Positions 12,479 through 26,307 of a stretch of 64,000 nucleotides of DNA are shown here, one piece after another (the stretch's first letter is position 1; each line of letters starts with the position of its first letter). Below the pieces are notes generated by a model. That model did no database searches. It saw only the letters and a list, made by a program, of their open reading frames with translations, and had not been told where the DNA came from. Source of the stretch: Carcharhinus amblyrhynchos (taxonomy: Eukaryota); NCBI GenBank assembly GCA_965287045.1, contig CBDIYR020000010.1, forward strand, positions 1,550,001-1,614,000, read 5' to 3'. The position numbers and the translations under genes are program-made.

Positions 12479-12923
12479 GTCCGCCTTGTTGTCCAACAAA
12501 GGGCAGACACGCGATGGGTCGTACGAGGGCTGCTCTTGGATGTTTCGAGAGTAGCCTAGTACTTCATGTCGTTAGTGTACGCTTAAACTGGACCAGATGC
12601 TGGGCAACACGACAGCTCAGTGACTATCACTGTTTGCTCCGCAGATACATGGATTTGGGCCAGTGTCTGTGGGAGTTTGTGCATTCTCCCCGTGCTTGCG
12701 TGGGTTTTCTCCGGGTGTTCCGGTTTGCTCCCAGACCCCAAAGATGTGCTGTTAGGCAGATTGATGTAGTAAATTGTACCTAAATTAATCTCCCCTCAAT
12801 GTGGAATGCCGGAAGCATAGACAAGGATCATGGGTGGAGAGGGGACTCCTAATGCTAAAATGGCGGTGCGGGGTCGTTGGGCCGAAGGGCCTGTTTCCCA
12901 GGCTGTGATGTTCTTTGTTCTTG
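12479..12923 (+). mobile_element. Composite 5S-like/tRNA/V SINE
   Basis: Same architecture as 9080-9530. Confidence 0.8.
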
Positions 12924-13617
12924 GTTGGATAGTTATGTCCATCAGAACAAGCATTGAGTAACCAGCCTTCTGTCCTCCGGGAAAGACAAGGCTAAAAGTA
13001 GCAGATGGGTATGCAAGCTTTTGGAATCAATCATTAGGGTAGATGGAGGCAGTTTAGGCCCATCTGTGGGGATTGAACAGGATGAACTACTCGGAGTATA
13101 AATAATACCGTCTCTAACAAAGATGACAGTGAAATCGCGAGGAAAGTGTTTACTCGTGGGATAGAGGTGGTGCAGAAGTGATCCCCACGGTCATCCGATT
13201 TATAGATATGCATTTGATTGTGAAACTGAATAAACATAGAACATAGAACACTACAGCACAAACAGGCCCTTCGGCCCACAAGTTGTGCCGATCACATCTG
13301 TACCTACCAAGGCATAAAACTATCTGTAACTCCCAATCCCATTAAATCCCATGTACTCATCCAGAAGTCTTTTAAAAGACCCCAGCGAGTTCGCCTCCAC
13401 CACCGCCGACGGCAGCCGATTCCACTCACTCACGGCCCTCTGAGTGAAAAACTTATCCCTGACATCCCCTGTAGTCGCCGGGACCGGGTGGGATGTACGC
13501 CAGGTTATTGTGGGAGGTGAGGGAAGTGATTGCAGAGCCCCTGGCGATGATCTTTGCATCGTCGATGGAGACGGGAGAGGTTCAGTAGGATTGAAAAAGA
13601 AAGAAAAAGAAAAAAAA

Positions 13618-13950
13618 TGGCGGCACGGTAGCACAGTGGTTAGCACTGCTGCTTCACAGCTCCAGGATCCTGGGTTTGATTCCCGGCTCGGGTCACTGTC
13701 TATGTGGAGGTTGCATATTCTCCTCGTGTCTGCGTGGGTTTCCACCAGTTTCTCCGGTTTCCTCCCACTGCCCAAAGAGGTTGATTGGCCATGCTAAGCA
13801 ATTGCCCCTTAGTGTCCAGGGATGCATGGGTTAGAGGAATTAGTGGGTATAATATGTAGGGATATGGGGGTAGGGCCTGGGTGGGATTGTGGTCGGTGCA
13901 GACTCGATGGGCCGAAGGGCCTGTTTCTGCACTGTAGGGTTCCATGATCT
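13618..13950 (+). mobile_element. tRNA-derived V-SINE, near full length
   Basis: GGCGGCACGGTAGCACAGTGGTTAGC head, GGTTTGATTCC B box, V core, GGCCGAAGGGCCTGTTTC tail. Similar copy at 20695-21025. Confidence 0.88.
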
Positions 13951-15374
13951 CCTCTGTAATAATAAACTGAGAAAAGAGAACAGAATTAAATAGTGGGTTA
14001 ATGGTGGGGGTGGGATATGGGATGTGGGGTTGCGGATGGTGGCGATTATATAGATGTTGGGGGAATTTCCTGTGAAATATATCGACTAGCCGGGAATGGA
14101 TGGCCCACAGCCCGGTCATCAAAAGGTGCAATTATAATACAAATAAAAATAGGGAGACTTGTACTGGGTGAAACGGCATTAATGCAGTTGCATCTTTTTG
14201 AATGTTTCTTCATTGGGTTCTTGTTTGCAGAAAACAGAATATGTGTTTGGGATGAATTCAACGCAACATTCTGCTATCCCCTGTGTCCACTCGAATTTCA
14301 CAAACTGTCATGTTTCTGAATTCAGCCACATTTTCTGTTTAACACAGTTTAGATCAGTCTTAACATGTGTTTAGCTAGAAGATGTTTCTCGTCACAGACT
14401 GAACTGTGCGCGGCCTCTTAGTCCATAAACAGGAAACTCTCAACCACACTTCACACTGCTCTGATATTTTCAGCGCGCCATTTTCACCGCCGCTCGTTGC
14501 GTCTGCAAAATGTGCATGTTCACCTTGTCTTCCGGTCCCCTGGGTTACCGCAGTCCAGCAACTTTGTAACACCCTGAACGTTGTAGCAACTCTTTGCAGG
14601 TTTGTGTTTTCGTCACTCCTCCTTCAGAGTAACACATTTGCAGGCTCAGAACTACTGAGGTAGTCAGTCAAATAGAAAATTAGGCCAATGTTTACTTTCC
14701 ACAAAACGAATTTCATGGTGAAAGAATGAATCATTTGCAGCTGATCAGACACGCTCATAGGAAAAAATCACCAATACATCCACTTGGACATTTTGCTCCT
14801 CTGGGCTGAGAATGATTCCATGGTCATTACTAAAAATAATGTCAGTCTTTCTTTATTTTCTTGTTTCTATTTACTTGCAGCCATAATCAATTGTGGAAAG
14901 GTCAGCCACATTCAGGGCGACAAAATGGAAGGACTTAATGTCTTTAATGGAGGCCACGATGAGAGAGGACAGGTGCCCAACCTCTGTACAGAGGCTTACC
15001 GTGTAAACCCTGTGCAAGGAACTGAAGAGGAGGCACACATCAAAGGAATATGGTCACTTGTTGAATGAAAAGTGTTAATGACTGTTTGCTGATGGACACT
15101 TGTAAATAGCACCAGGGCGGATGGAAAAATTTAAATTAAATGAATTAACACAAGTAAATTAAAATCTAGTGTCATCCGTGGCAAACATCATCAACTTAAT
15201 AGATCACTAATGTCTTTCCTGGGAGATAATCGACCGACCACATCTGGTCTGGACGAAATGGGGCGCCAGAACAGTCCCAGCTAATCACTCATTTCCAGGG
15301 AGGGCAGAAAAACCTGGAATTGTAATCTGTGTCAGGTCATACGGAAATTAATGAATTAAACATTACGATTAAGC

Positions 15375-15865
15375 ATTATAAGATGGATGTGGAGGCATTG
15401 GAAAGGGCGCAGAGGAGGTTTACCAGAATGTTGCCTGGTATGGTGGGAAGGTCTTATGAGAAAAGGCTGAGGGACTTGAGGTTATTTACGTTGGAAAGAA
15501 GAGAGGTGACCTAATTGAGGCATAGAAGATGATCAGAGGGTTACATAGGTTGGATAGTGGGAGCCTTTTTCCTCGGATGGTGATGGCTAACACGAGGGGA
15601 CATAGCTTTAAATTAAGGGGTGGGAATTATAGGGCGCATGTCAGAGGTAGGTTCTTTACTCAGAGGGTAGTAAGGGCGTGGAATGCCCTGCCTGCAGCAG
15701 TTGTGGACTCGCCAACTTTATGGGCGTTCAAATGGTCAGCGGATAGGCATATGGATAACATTGGAATAGTTTAGGTTAGAGGGTCATTAGATTGGTTCCA
15801 CTGGTCGGCGCAGCATCGAGGGCCGAAGGGCCTGTACCGCAGTGTTCTATGTTCTATGTTTTATT
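15375..15865 (+). mobile_element. CR1-clade LINE 3' fragment
   Basis: DVEALERAQRRFTRMLPG...FFTQRVVRAWNALP, ending in a (TTCTATG)n tail. Confidence 0.9.
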
Positions 15866-16759
15866 TCTAACCAGCATAGCTGAATCTGAAAGATAGTTCT
15901 GCTTGTCAGTGCGTTCAGAAGAGGCATTTTCGGAACGGTACAGCATGGTCACAAACATTGGAGAGGAAGGGGCATATTTAGCAGCTCCAGCCTGTTCTTT
16001 CTTACACTCACACCGAGGCTGATCTGTATATTCAATTCAATAGTTTGTATTCACCTCCCCCCACCAAAAAAAGTTCCAAATTTTCAATTTCCATCACCAA
16101 TAGGCTTCAGCAGAAAGAGTTCCTGCTTTGTGGGAAAAAAAGGTGTGCCTTTACTGCATTTCTAAGTAATTTATCCAAGCAAAAACACATCACGAGTCCG
16201 ATAATATTGAGATTTCACATCCGGCTGGGGATTGAGTCGGTCTCGAGTCAATAGTTTAGAAAGTTTCCTTCCCTGTTTTTTTCTCAGGGCACGGGAGCCA
16301 ATCTTGCATCGCTTTGCTCAGTGCTGGCACTGTTTTCCCGGAGCACGATTGTCTTCTGCAAACCCATGTCAGCATGTTGTAATGCCGTTTTCATTCACAC
16401 ATGGTTAACATAAATAATTTCAAAGTCGTATTAGGCGCACTGAGCTATACTAAACGGGGGATTGAGTGATTTGAACCAAACTGATTACCGGTTTCATCAA
16501 CATCACAGAAATGGCTGAACCGGCTGTAGAACAACAACTGTGCTTGAAATGGAAATGTCTCAGGACTCAAACATCTTAAAGTCACAGTGTAATTTAATTC
16601 AACAGTATAGAATAAAGATGCATTGGTCCTGACTTGGTTTAAAGTCACTCAGTAAGACTTTAAGTCCAATAAACTCTCTGATTTGTAAATTGAAAAGGGG
16701 ATTTTAAATGTATCAGCATAAATCCCGACTGTCCTCTGTGTGGACGGATAGAACAGGAG

Positions 16760-18070
16760 CCAATGATGGGAGGGATCAGAAAATTAGAGGCGATTGAGTT
16801 TAACTCCAGTGGTCGGAAAACTGGAGGAAAATAAAACATTGAGGCATAAAATTAATCTCCACTTGGGGAGAGAAGCATTAATGAAGGACAGTCAGCTTGG
16901 TTTTGCCAAAAGGATATCATGCCACATAAATTTAACTGCATTTTCGAGGGGTTACTATTTGTGTGGATGCGGGCTGTGCACTTGATGTGTCAACACAGAT
17001 TTCAGAAAGGATTTAGAGCATGCCCCACATGGGAGTTTGATGGAGATGTTGGGACCCATCGGATCCAGTCCGTTTTGCAAGCTGGATCCAAAATTATTTT
17101 AGTGGCAGGAGGCGGGGCTTAATGTTGGAAAGTTGTTTCTGTGATTGGAAGTCTGTGTCCAGTGGTGTTCCACAGGGATAGGTGCTGGGTCCCTTCTTTT
17201 GTTTGTAGTGTACACAACATGATCTCGACGTGAATACAGGAGGTATGTACAGTCCGTTCGCTAATGGCACAGCCATTGGTGGTATGTAAATGGTAAGGAG
17301 CAAAACCGCAGATTACAGGATGATGTAGAAGGGCAGGGCAGGTCATCAGAACAGTGACAAATGGAATTTAATGTAATAAGTGGGAGATGACGCATTTTGG
17401 AAGGCCCAACAAGGCAAGGGAATACACAATGAAGGCTCGGCAACGGAAGAGGAAAAAATGATCAAGGAGACATTGATGCGCATGTCCAAAGGTCTGTGAA
17501 GACAACAGGACAGTTAGATATGGCCGTTCAGAAGGGCTTTGTGGAATACCTGCCTTTATTAACCCAGGCTTTGAGTATAATAGCAGGGAGGTTATGGTGG
17601 GGCTGTATAAAACTCTGCTTACTGCATCACTGCAGTTCTGGCCACCACAGTGTAGGAAGGAAGTGATTGCATTAGGAATGGTGCAGAGGGCATTCACCAG
17701 GATGTTGCCTGTCTCGGGCTGTTTCAGCTATGAAGAGGGCTGAATTAGCTCGGGATGTTTACCTTAGAGCAGAGAAGGCTGAGAGAGGGCCTGATTGAGG
17801 TGTGGAAAATTATGAGTGGCAGAGATAGGATGGATAGGAAGGAACATGTTTTCCCTGAGCAAAGGGGTCCATACAAAGCCTGGGGCATTGATTTAAGATA
17901 AGGAACAGGAGGTTTACAGGAGATGTGATGAAAAACGTTTTCACTCAGAGGGTGGTGGGAATGTGGAACTCATTGCCTGAAAGGGTGGTAATTGTGGGAA
18001 CCCTCACGACATTTAAGACACATTCAAATGAACACTTTAAGCGCCTAAGCATACAAGGCTACAGAATTTG
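16760..18070 (+). mobile_element. Old degenerate CR1 LINE RT fragment
   Basis: SLTPVVGKL, SGVPQG and FTQRVVGMWNSLP motifs with many frameshifts. Confidence 0.8.
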
Positions 18071-18913
18071 TGCCATGTGGGTTTCTGGATTAATAATCTC
18101 ACGATAATACCACTTGGATATTCGCTTCTTTAATAATTAAATCCCTATCAATCAGAGCAGAGCTGGTAAAGAAATGGCAAGGATTGGCAAGGAAATCCAA
18201 ATGCCAGAGAGCACAAATCGAAATTCATTCCTTCTTCCGTAACACTGCCCTCATCCTATTGCTCTGATATGTACGGTTTATGTTAAACACAAACACAAAC
18301 TCACTGTGTAAAATTATGATGAAAACATTGGAAATTCCACGCATTGCAATCTGGGCCCATCTCTCCTTGAATTTCAATTCGGTAAATCATCACAACTCTC
18401 ACACATGAAGCATTGATAAACATCTGAATTCTGGACTGATAGTGTCAGTTCAACACAAACCGCAGCATCATAAAGATTACATTTAATTGTAAGTTTATTG
18501 TTGATCAAGATCAAGACAAATCATGGTTATAGAGACAAAATAATTGATTGGTATTCGCGTGTTGACATTTGCAAAGAAAATTTGTACATTTTCTGAGACT
18601 AATTTGACTAATACAATCAGCAGAAGATTTGAACAGAAACTCAGGAAAATTTCTGTACTTTGCTCAAATTTTCTTCTCCAGCTGAAGAAGACCTTTCCAG
18701 TAAAATATCCTAAACTCAATGTCCAATCATTTACAGTGAACGCTGGAGCCAATGATTGGTGGATGCGTGGGGAAGTGTAGCTGTTTGAAGTGAGTTTCAT
18801 TGGCTCCATGGTTACTTCAACAAGGCTGTGGAATTTTCAAGAAATTCTGCCTCCTCCATAACTCATCACTTGGATTCCTGTTTTCAACCCTCCTTCTTTT
18901 TCAACCTCTTTTC

Positions 18914-18952
18914 TCAGGCGGCAGAATCCAGGGAGACGTAGATGGGTCCACT
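18914..18952 (-). pseudogene. Gene B1 terminal ITIM-like exon relic (SGPIYVSLDSAA*)
   Basis: TGTTTCAG acceptor in phase 0, compatible with exon 7. YxxL motif; paralog at 55876 reads SRLT*ASLDLAALEKR. Confidence 0.6.
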
Positions 18953-21900
18953 CTGAAACATTCACAAATCACAGAATGATCATAGAGAGCAATAGATTCC
19001 CTGCAGTGCAGAAGGAGTCCTTCGGCCCATAAATTTTAAGATTACACCAAACCTCAAATCATAGAATGAAAAGCTTAGGAGACTATTCGGCTTAATGAAT
19101 CTGTGTTGCATCTTTGAAAAACAATCTTTTTTTATTCATCCGTGGGACGTGGGCCTCGCTGGCTTTGAACTCTCTTAGTTGTCCTTATTCAGAGGACAGT
19201 TGAGAGTCAAACATAATATTGTGACTCTGAAGTGGCATGTAGGCTAGACCAGATAAGAATGACAGATTCAGTTCCTGAAAGGATAGGAGTGAACCTGACT
19301 GTTTTTTTTTTACTCTCTGACAATAGTTTAATGGTCATCAGTGGATCCCTAATTCCAGCTGTTTTTACTTTGAATCCAAATTCCGTCATTTGGCGTTGCT
19401 GGATTCGAACAAAATCCCCAGAATATTGGTTGAATTTATGGATTAATTGTCTAGCGATAAGACCGCAAGGCCATCACACCCCATTTCGTCCAAACTTTAT
19501 TCATAATGTTCAGCATTTTTCCCCCAACAAGTAGTTACAGAATTCCCTTTTACAGTGTTTGTTGAACCCGCTTCCGTTGTCCTTCCGCTCAATTGCAAAA
19601 TTAGTGGCTTATGAATTGGAGCGGAAAAATTAGACCGTAATGTCCCCAGATCATAACACACAGAAGCACAAGTTGGCCATTCTGCCATCAAGTCTTTTCC
19701 ATCGTTCAATGAGCTCATGATTGTTCTGATCTGACAGTTGTCAAATCCACTTTCCGAACTTATTCCCATAAACCTAGATTTTCTTACTGATAAAGAATCT
19801 GTCTATCTCGGCCTTGAACATTCATAAAGTCCCAGCTCCTTTAGGTTGCAATTGACTGAAATAACGTAGTCACAAAGATGCAGAATTTGGAATGCGGCTT
19901 ACGCATAAAAGGTGAACACTTTTGCCTATCAATTTGATTACTGTTCAACAGCCAACCCGCTTACTATGTTTTACAAGCGTTTTGTTCTATATTCCCTGAC
20001 CGATGTCTCAGCATCTAAAATGGCGGCGCGGGCTAGTGGGGCCGAAGGGCCTGTTTCCTGTGCTGTCTTGTTCTTTTGTGTCAAGCTCCTTCAGAATCAT
20101 AGATCTTTTGGCCCATCAAGCCTGCACAGAACTTTGGACAGTGCATCTGAACCTGTTTCTCACCCCACTGTATGTCTCTATCCCCATACATTTATCATGG
20201 CTAATCTATCTGAGCTGCACATCTTTGGACTCTGGGAGGAAACAGGAGCACCCAGAGGAGTCCCACGCAGACCCGGTGAAAACGTGCAAACTCCACACAG
20301 ACAGCCACCCAAGGAATCGAGCTTTGGCCCCTGGTGCTGTGAGGCAGCAACCCCAACCCCTGCGCTGCCGTCAAACTTTGAGTTTCAGTAAATCCCTCAT
20401 AATTACTCACAACCAGCCGCACACAATCAAGTGTATTGGCATCACTAAACAACGGGATAGATACCGCACGGAAAGACGCCATTACCCCATCATGTCTATG
20501 CTGGCCAGAAAACTCACAATCTATTCTAACCCCACTGCCCAGCAACCTTTTTTTTTAGGTTACAACAGTTTACAGATATTCGGGTCCCTTTTTAAAGAAC
20601 TAAAGCTTCCATCATCAAACCAGATAGGGAATTCCAAACACCAGCCACTGTGCAAATATTTTGTGTCCATCCTGAGCTGCTTCAACCTCTCTCGGGCGGG
20701 ACGGTAGCAGAGTGGTTAGCACTGCTACTTCACTGCTCCAGGGGCCTGGGTTCGATCCCCAGCTTGGGTCACTGTCTGTGTGGAGTTTGCACGTTCTGCT
20801 CGTGTCTGAGTGGGTTTGCTCCTGTTTCCTCTCACTCTCCAAAGATGTGCGGGTTCGGCTGATTGGTCATGCTAAAAATTGCCCCTTTGTCTCCAGGGAT
20901 GTGTAGGTTAGAGGGGTTAGCGGGTATAATATCTAGGGATATGGGGGTAGGGCCTCTGTGCGATTGTGGTCGGTGCAGACACGATGGGCCGAAGGCCCGC
21001 TTTCTGTATTGTAGGGTTCTATGAATAATCCTTTACCGCCATTTATTGGAATTATATTCACCGATCGAATACGATCCAATAAGAAACAATTCAATACTGA
21101 GCCAGATAAATTGTTATATTTTTAGATGTTTGTTGAGAGATTAAATACCGACGAAAATACGAGAGCGAACACTGAACTACATGCACAGAAATACTCTCGC
21201 TCCCTTCGTCTCTGGCACGCGAACAAGTACATGCGCCAGGACTTAACTGATGAAGGAGCACCGCTCCAAAAGCTCATGATTCCAAATAAGCCTGTAGGAC
21301 ATTAATCTGGTGCCCACCCCAGTCCAAAGCCCATAATTCCAGCGTATGATATACAAACACATACACAAAACACACACACAAGAAACGTTCCCGTTGACAA
21401 ACAGACTCAGACACAGTTACACATAGAAACACAGATGCACGCACAAACACACTCAGTCACGCAAATGTTCACTCATATGCCATCTCCCTCAAACACCCTA
21501 TCTTTATTCTTTACTCAGAGGGTGGTAAGGACGTGGAATGCCCTACCTGCAGCAGTTGTGGACTCGCCAACTTTAAGGGCGTTCAATTCGGCAGTGGATG
21601 GGCATATAGATACCACCGGATTAGTTTAGGTTAGAGGGTCATTAGATTGGTTCCACTGGTCGGCGCAACATCGAGGGCCGAAGGGTCTGTACTGCGTTGT
21701 GATGTTCTATGTTCTATGTTCTATCTCCCTCTGAGTCTCCCCTTCAGGCATACACGCATTCATCTGTCCCGCTCAATGCACACAAAATCTCTCACCGAAA
21801 CTTCGAGAAAGATATAGAAAGAAAGGCTCATAATCTCACAAACATAATCTCTCAACAACACAAACAGAGAAATGCACATAGAACCGCTTTCACAAACACA

Positions 21901-23107
21901 GGCTCAAACCGACACATCTATAAAGAATCCCACGGTGCAACAGGAGATCCTTAGGTCCATCGAGTCTGCGTGGACCACAATCCCACCCAGGCCCTATTCC
22001 CATAACCCCATGCATTTACTCTAGATGGTCCGCCTAATATTAAGGGGAAATTCAGCAAAGCCATCCCACCTAATCCGCACATCCTTGGACGGTGGAAGGA
22101 GGCTGGAGGAAACCCATGCAGACACGGGGAGAATATGCAAACTGTACGCAGACAGTAACCCAAGCTGGGGATCGAGTCCCTGGCGCTATTAGGCAGCAGT
22201 GCCAACCACTGTGCCACCGCGCCACCCCAAGTTACAAAGAGAATCTCTCACTCACAAAAACTCACACAGACGCATACAGAGAGATACACAGACAGATAGT
22301 TTCTCTCTCACACACGAACACACATACACAATCTCACACCAATGCACAGCAAGAGATAGGCAGAGACTCTCAGACAGAGCCGCTGTGTAATTAAAACACA
22401 AACTATCTTTTGAATTGTCGATTGTTCACCTTAGGTTGGACATCCTAAATGTTCAAAGACTATTTATTAGTCACAATTAAGACTTAAATTTACAATGCAA
22501 TTGTGTAACTGTGAAATTCCCCTGTCGCCACAGTCTGGCGCCAAGGCACATAGTCAGAATGACTTTTAAACTGTGGGGGGAAATCGAGAAGGAAACTCAC
22601 GCAGACACGGCGAAACACGGGCAAACTCAACATTGCCAGTGACCCAAGCCGAGGATTGAACCCTTGTCCCTGGCACTGTGAAGCAGCATTGCCAACCACT
22701 GTCCCATTTGACGACAATCCCAGAAATTAATTAATTGCCAATCGTTGGCGGGTGGGAGGAAACTGGGAGCTGACTGGGGGAGAACCAGGCCCACCGGGAA
22801 AAGAAAGAAAGTGAAAAGAAGCAGAAACCTGACAATAAGCAATGAACACTGCTGGAAATCCGCAGAAAGGCCTCATTGAGGCATTCTAACCGGAGCATTA
22901 ACTCAATCATTGTATCATCATTTGGAAGAGCCGCAGAGATTCTGATTCCAAAGTGTGGATGAATGTGATCTGATTCGCAATTAGATGCTGCAGACAGTGA
23001 GCTCCTCGCTCATAGCCGCATGGACGATCCCGGATGGGACATCTTGCTACTTATTCCAAAATCCAGCAATTTCCTGCATGCTATTAAAATATTTGCAAAA
23101 CACTTAC

Positions 23108-23157
23108 CTGAACTAGACAGTCTTGGGTTCTCTTTCCATACGATTGGCGATAACCGT
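23108..23157 (-). CDS. Gene B1 exon 7, cytoplasmic; read out of the ancestral frame as TVIANRMEREPKTV*
   Basis: TTTGTTACACAG acceptor and CAG|GTAAGT donor. Its ancestral frame (DGYRQSYGKRTQDCLVQ) matches B3 exon 7. Confidence 0.65.
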
Positions 23158-23574
23158 CTGTGTAACAAAGTGGAAGATATCAATTTAGGAAAGCAGTGAG
23201 GAATAGTGTACGCTTAAACTAGACCAGCTGATGGGAAGCACCACAGCTCAATGACTATCACTGATTGCTGTGCAGAGACATGGATTTGGGCCAGTGACTT
23301 TGGGAGTTTGCGCATTCTCCCCGTGCTTGCACGGGTTTCCTCCGGGTGCTCCGGTTTCCTCCCACACCCCAAAGATGTGCTTCTAGGCTAATTGGTGTAA
23401 CAAATTGTCCCTAAATTAGTCTCCCCTCAATCTGGTTTCCAATGTGGAATGCCATTAGCGTAGGCAAGGGTCATGGGTGGAAGAGGGATTCACAATGTTG
23501 AAATGGCGGCGCGGGCTCGTTGGGCCGAAGGGCCTGTTTCCCGGGCTGTGTTGTTTTTTGTTCTCTGAATACAA

Positions 23575-25360
23575 AGAACGGATATGAGAAAGTTCTGGAT
23601 GGTAAAAGTTGGGAAAATCCCAGAATAATCGACATGTATATTAACAGGAAGAGGATAACCAGGAATAGAGTAGGGCCCATGAGACATGGAGGGGGCAAAC
23701 TATGGGTGGAGCCAGAGGACATTGGTCGGGTGCTAAATGAATACTTCACATCATTCTTCACCCAAGAAAATGAAGACAATGGTGCAGAATTCAGGGAGGG
23801 GGACTGTGTGTTTTTTGAGCAAGTTGGCTTCTTAGGGGAGGGCAAGCTATTGGAGGTATTGGGAGCCTTAAAATTGGATCAATCTCCAAGTCCAGCGGAA
23901 TTGCACCCTCAGCTGTGGTGGGAGGCAAGAGAAGAGATTGCAGGGGCCTTGGCTGGTATTTTTCAATTCTTCACTTGCCATGGGAGACCCCAGAAGTCTG
24001 GGGAACGGCAAGTGCGGTTCGATTATTTAGGAAGAGTTGCAGAGATGAGCCAGGGAACGACAGACAAATGAGTCTCACATCAGTGGTAGGGAAACAATGA
24101 AAAAAAAACAACTTCTGAAGGAGAAAATCTATCGACACTTGGAGAGACAAAGCCTGTGCATAGATAACTTCGTCAGAAGGAGGTCATGCCTAACAAACCA
24201 GATTGAATTTTGTGAGGCTGACCAGGTGTGCAGCTGATGTAGTTTATATGGATTTCAGCAAAGCCTTTGACATGGTTCCAAATGGGAAGTTTGAAAAGTT
24301 TCAGGCTAATTTGATTAATTGCATTCAGAATTGGATCAATTGTAGGAGACAGCGTGTGATGACAGAAGGATGTTTTAGTGACTGGAAGCCAGTGTCCATT
24401 GGCGTACCACAGGGCTCAGTGCTGCCCCACTATTTTTCATCATTTATATAAATTTCACTGATATCTATGTGTTGGATGGGATTAGTTAGTTTGCAGAAGA
24501 CACAAAGATTGGACGTATGGCGAACAGTGACGTGGAGTGTCTTGGGCTACAAGAACATCTAGACGGAATGGTCAAGGGGGCAAAAAAATGACAGGTGGAA
24601 TTTAACACTGAAAAGCGTGAAATGACTGGAACGAGTAATTTGACAATATTGTATTCACTGAATGGTAGGACACTAGGAATTTCTGTGGCAAAAAAAAGGA
24701 CCTTGGTGTCTTTACACACAGATCTCTGAAAGTGGAAGGACATGTTAGTAGGGAGGTGAAAAGGGCGTATGGCCCACTTTCATTTATCAATCGAGACATT
24801 GTTTGCATAAACAGGGAAGCCATGCTGGAGTTGTATAGAACTTTAGTGAGGCCACAGCTACAGAACTGTGTGAAGTTATGGTAGCCACATTATCGGAAGT
24901 ATGAGATTGCACTGGAGGGAGCGCCGAGGAGATTCACCAGTATGCTGCCTGGGATGGAACATACACGTTATGAAGTGAGGTTGGATAAGCTAGTGCTTTC
25001 GTTGGAACATAGAAGACACGGTGCTGACCTGATCGAGGTGTACAAGATGATGAAGGACATGGACAAAGTGCATAAGAAGCAGCTATTCCCCTAAGTTGAA
25101 GGGTCAGTCATGAGGTGGCATAGTTTTAAGGAGAGGGGCAGGAAATTTAGAGGGTGCTGTCAGTCAGGAATGCGCTGTCTGGGAGGGTGGTGGAAGTGGT
25201 TCGCCTCACATCACTTAAAAAGTATCTGATGAGCAGTTGGCGCATTATGATATTCAGGGCTTTGGGACAAGTGCTGGCAGATGGGATTAGGTGTGAGTTT
25301 GCGTGTTTGGAATATGGCAGTGTGGACTCGAAGAGCCGAAAGGCCTCGTCTGCGCTGTAT
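23575..25360 (+). mobile_element. Degenerate CR1 LINE ORF2 fragment in a B1 intron
   Basis: VLNEYFTSFFT, DVVYMDFSKAFD and GVPQGSVL motifs. Absent from the B2/B3 introns. Confidence 0.88.
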
Positions 25361-26197
25361 GAATCGAAGATTCCAGAAATTGAATTCAATCCTGTTCCGT
25401 CAAAGCTACAAACAATTGCACCAATGATGTCCTGTTGCACAAATGAGAACAATATCTCAATGGCCCCACTGGGTGACAATCCAAAGAATGCTCCCGCATA
25501 CACCAGCATTTTACTGATCCATAAACCGTCCTTCAATACATCAACAATATTTCACTCGATCCCAATTCACCAATGGAGGAATAAGGAATATCTACCACAC
25601 CTGGCATCGATTGTCCATCTCATATTTCCCTCCCGGAATTGGCAAGCAACAGTTATGCCTTTTCAGATGGCCAATTAATTGCACAACAATTTGATTGCGT
25701 GAGGTACACGGATCAACCTTACAATTTCCTCCATTTTGCCATTGCTTAGCACTGCTTCCACCAAGAGCCAGAGACCTGGGTTCAATTATAGGCTTGGGTG
25801 ACTCTCCGTGTGTAGCTTGCCCGCCCTCCCCATATCTGCATGGATTTCTTCCGGCTGCTCCAGCTTCCTCCCATGGTCCAAGGATGTGTAGGTTAGGTGG
25901 ATTGGCCAGGCTAAATTGCCACTTGGTGCCCAAAAATATACAGCATCTCTGGATTGGCCGTTGTGAATTATCCCTTAGTGTCCAACGATGTGTAGGTTGG
26001 GTGGATGGGCTATGCTAAATTGTACTGCCCGTCAGCAGCATTAGCTCTGTAAATGTGTGGGGCTACAGGGATAGAACCTGGGTGCGATTGGTCTCAATGC
26101 AGGTTCGATGGGCCGACTGGCCTCCTGCATTGCAAAGTCTCTATGATTTTTCTGTTCAGAGGCACTGAATCTTTGCCCACTTTTGAATGCAACTTGC

Positions 26198-26246
26198 CCG
26201 TTTGACGCTCTTTCCACTGCCCTGGACGGGGTCTCTTTCTATCAAA
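26198..26246 (-). CDS. Gene B1 exon 6, cytoplasmic, 49 nt (frameshifted relative to the 53-nt B2/B3 exon)
   Basis: TTCTTATCCAG acceptor and GCAAGT (GC) donor. Homologous to 58688-58740 but 4 nt shorter. Confidence 0.65.
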
Positions 26247-26307
26247 CTGGATAAGAAAACAAACACAACCAAACACCTGCAAATCCAGGCTCAGAAATAA
26301 TTGAGAT

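Noticed and set aside
12479-12660. Functional 5S rRNA or tRNA genes
   Set aside because: Too diverged and embedded in SINE bodies.
18300-18800. Decayed ORF-like sequence with conservative-looking changes versus 55230-55700
   Set aside because: Multiple stops and no recognisable domain; better explained as the B 3' UTR or flank.
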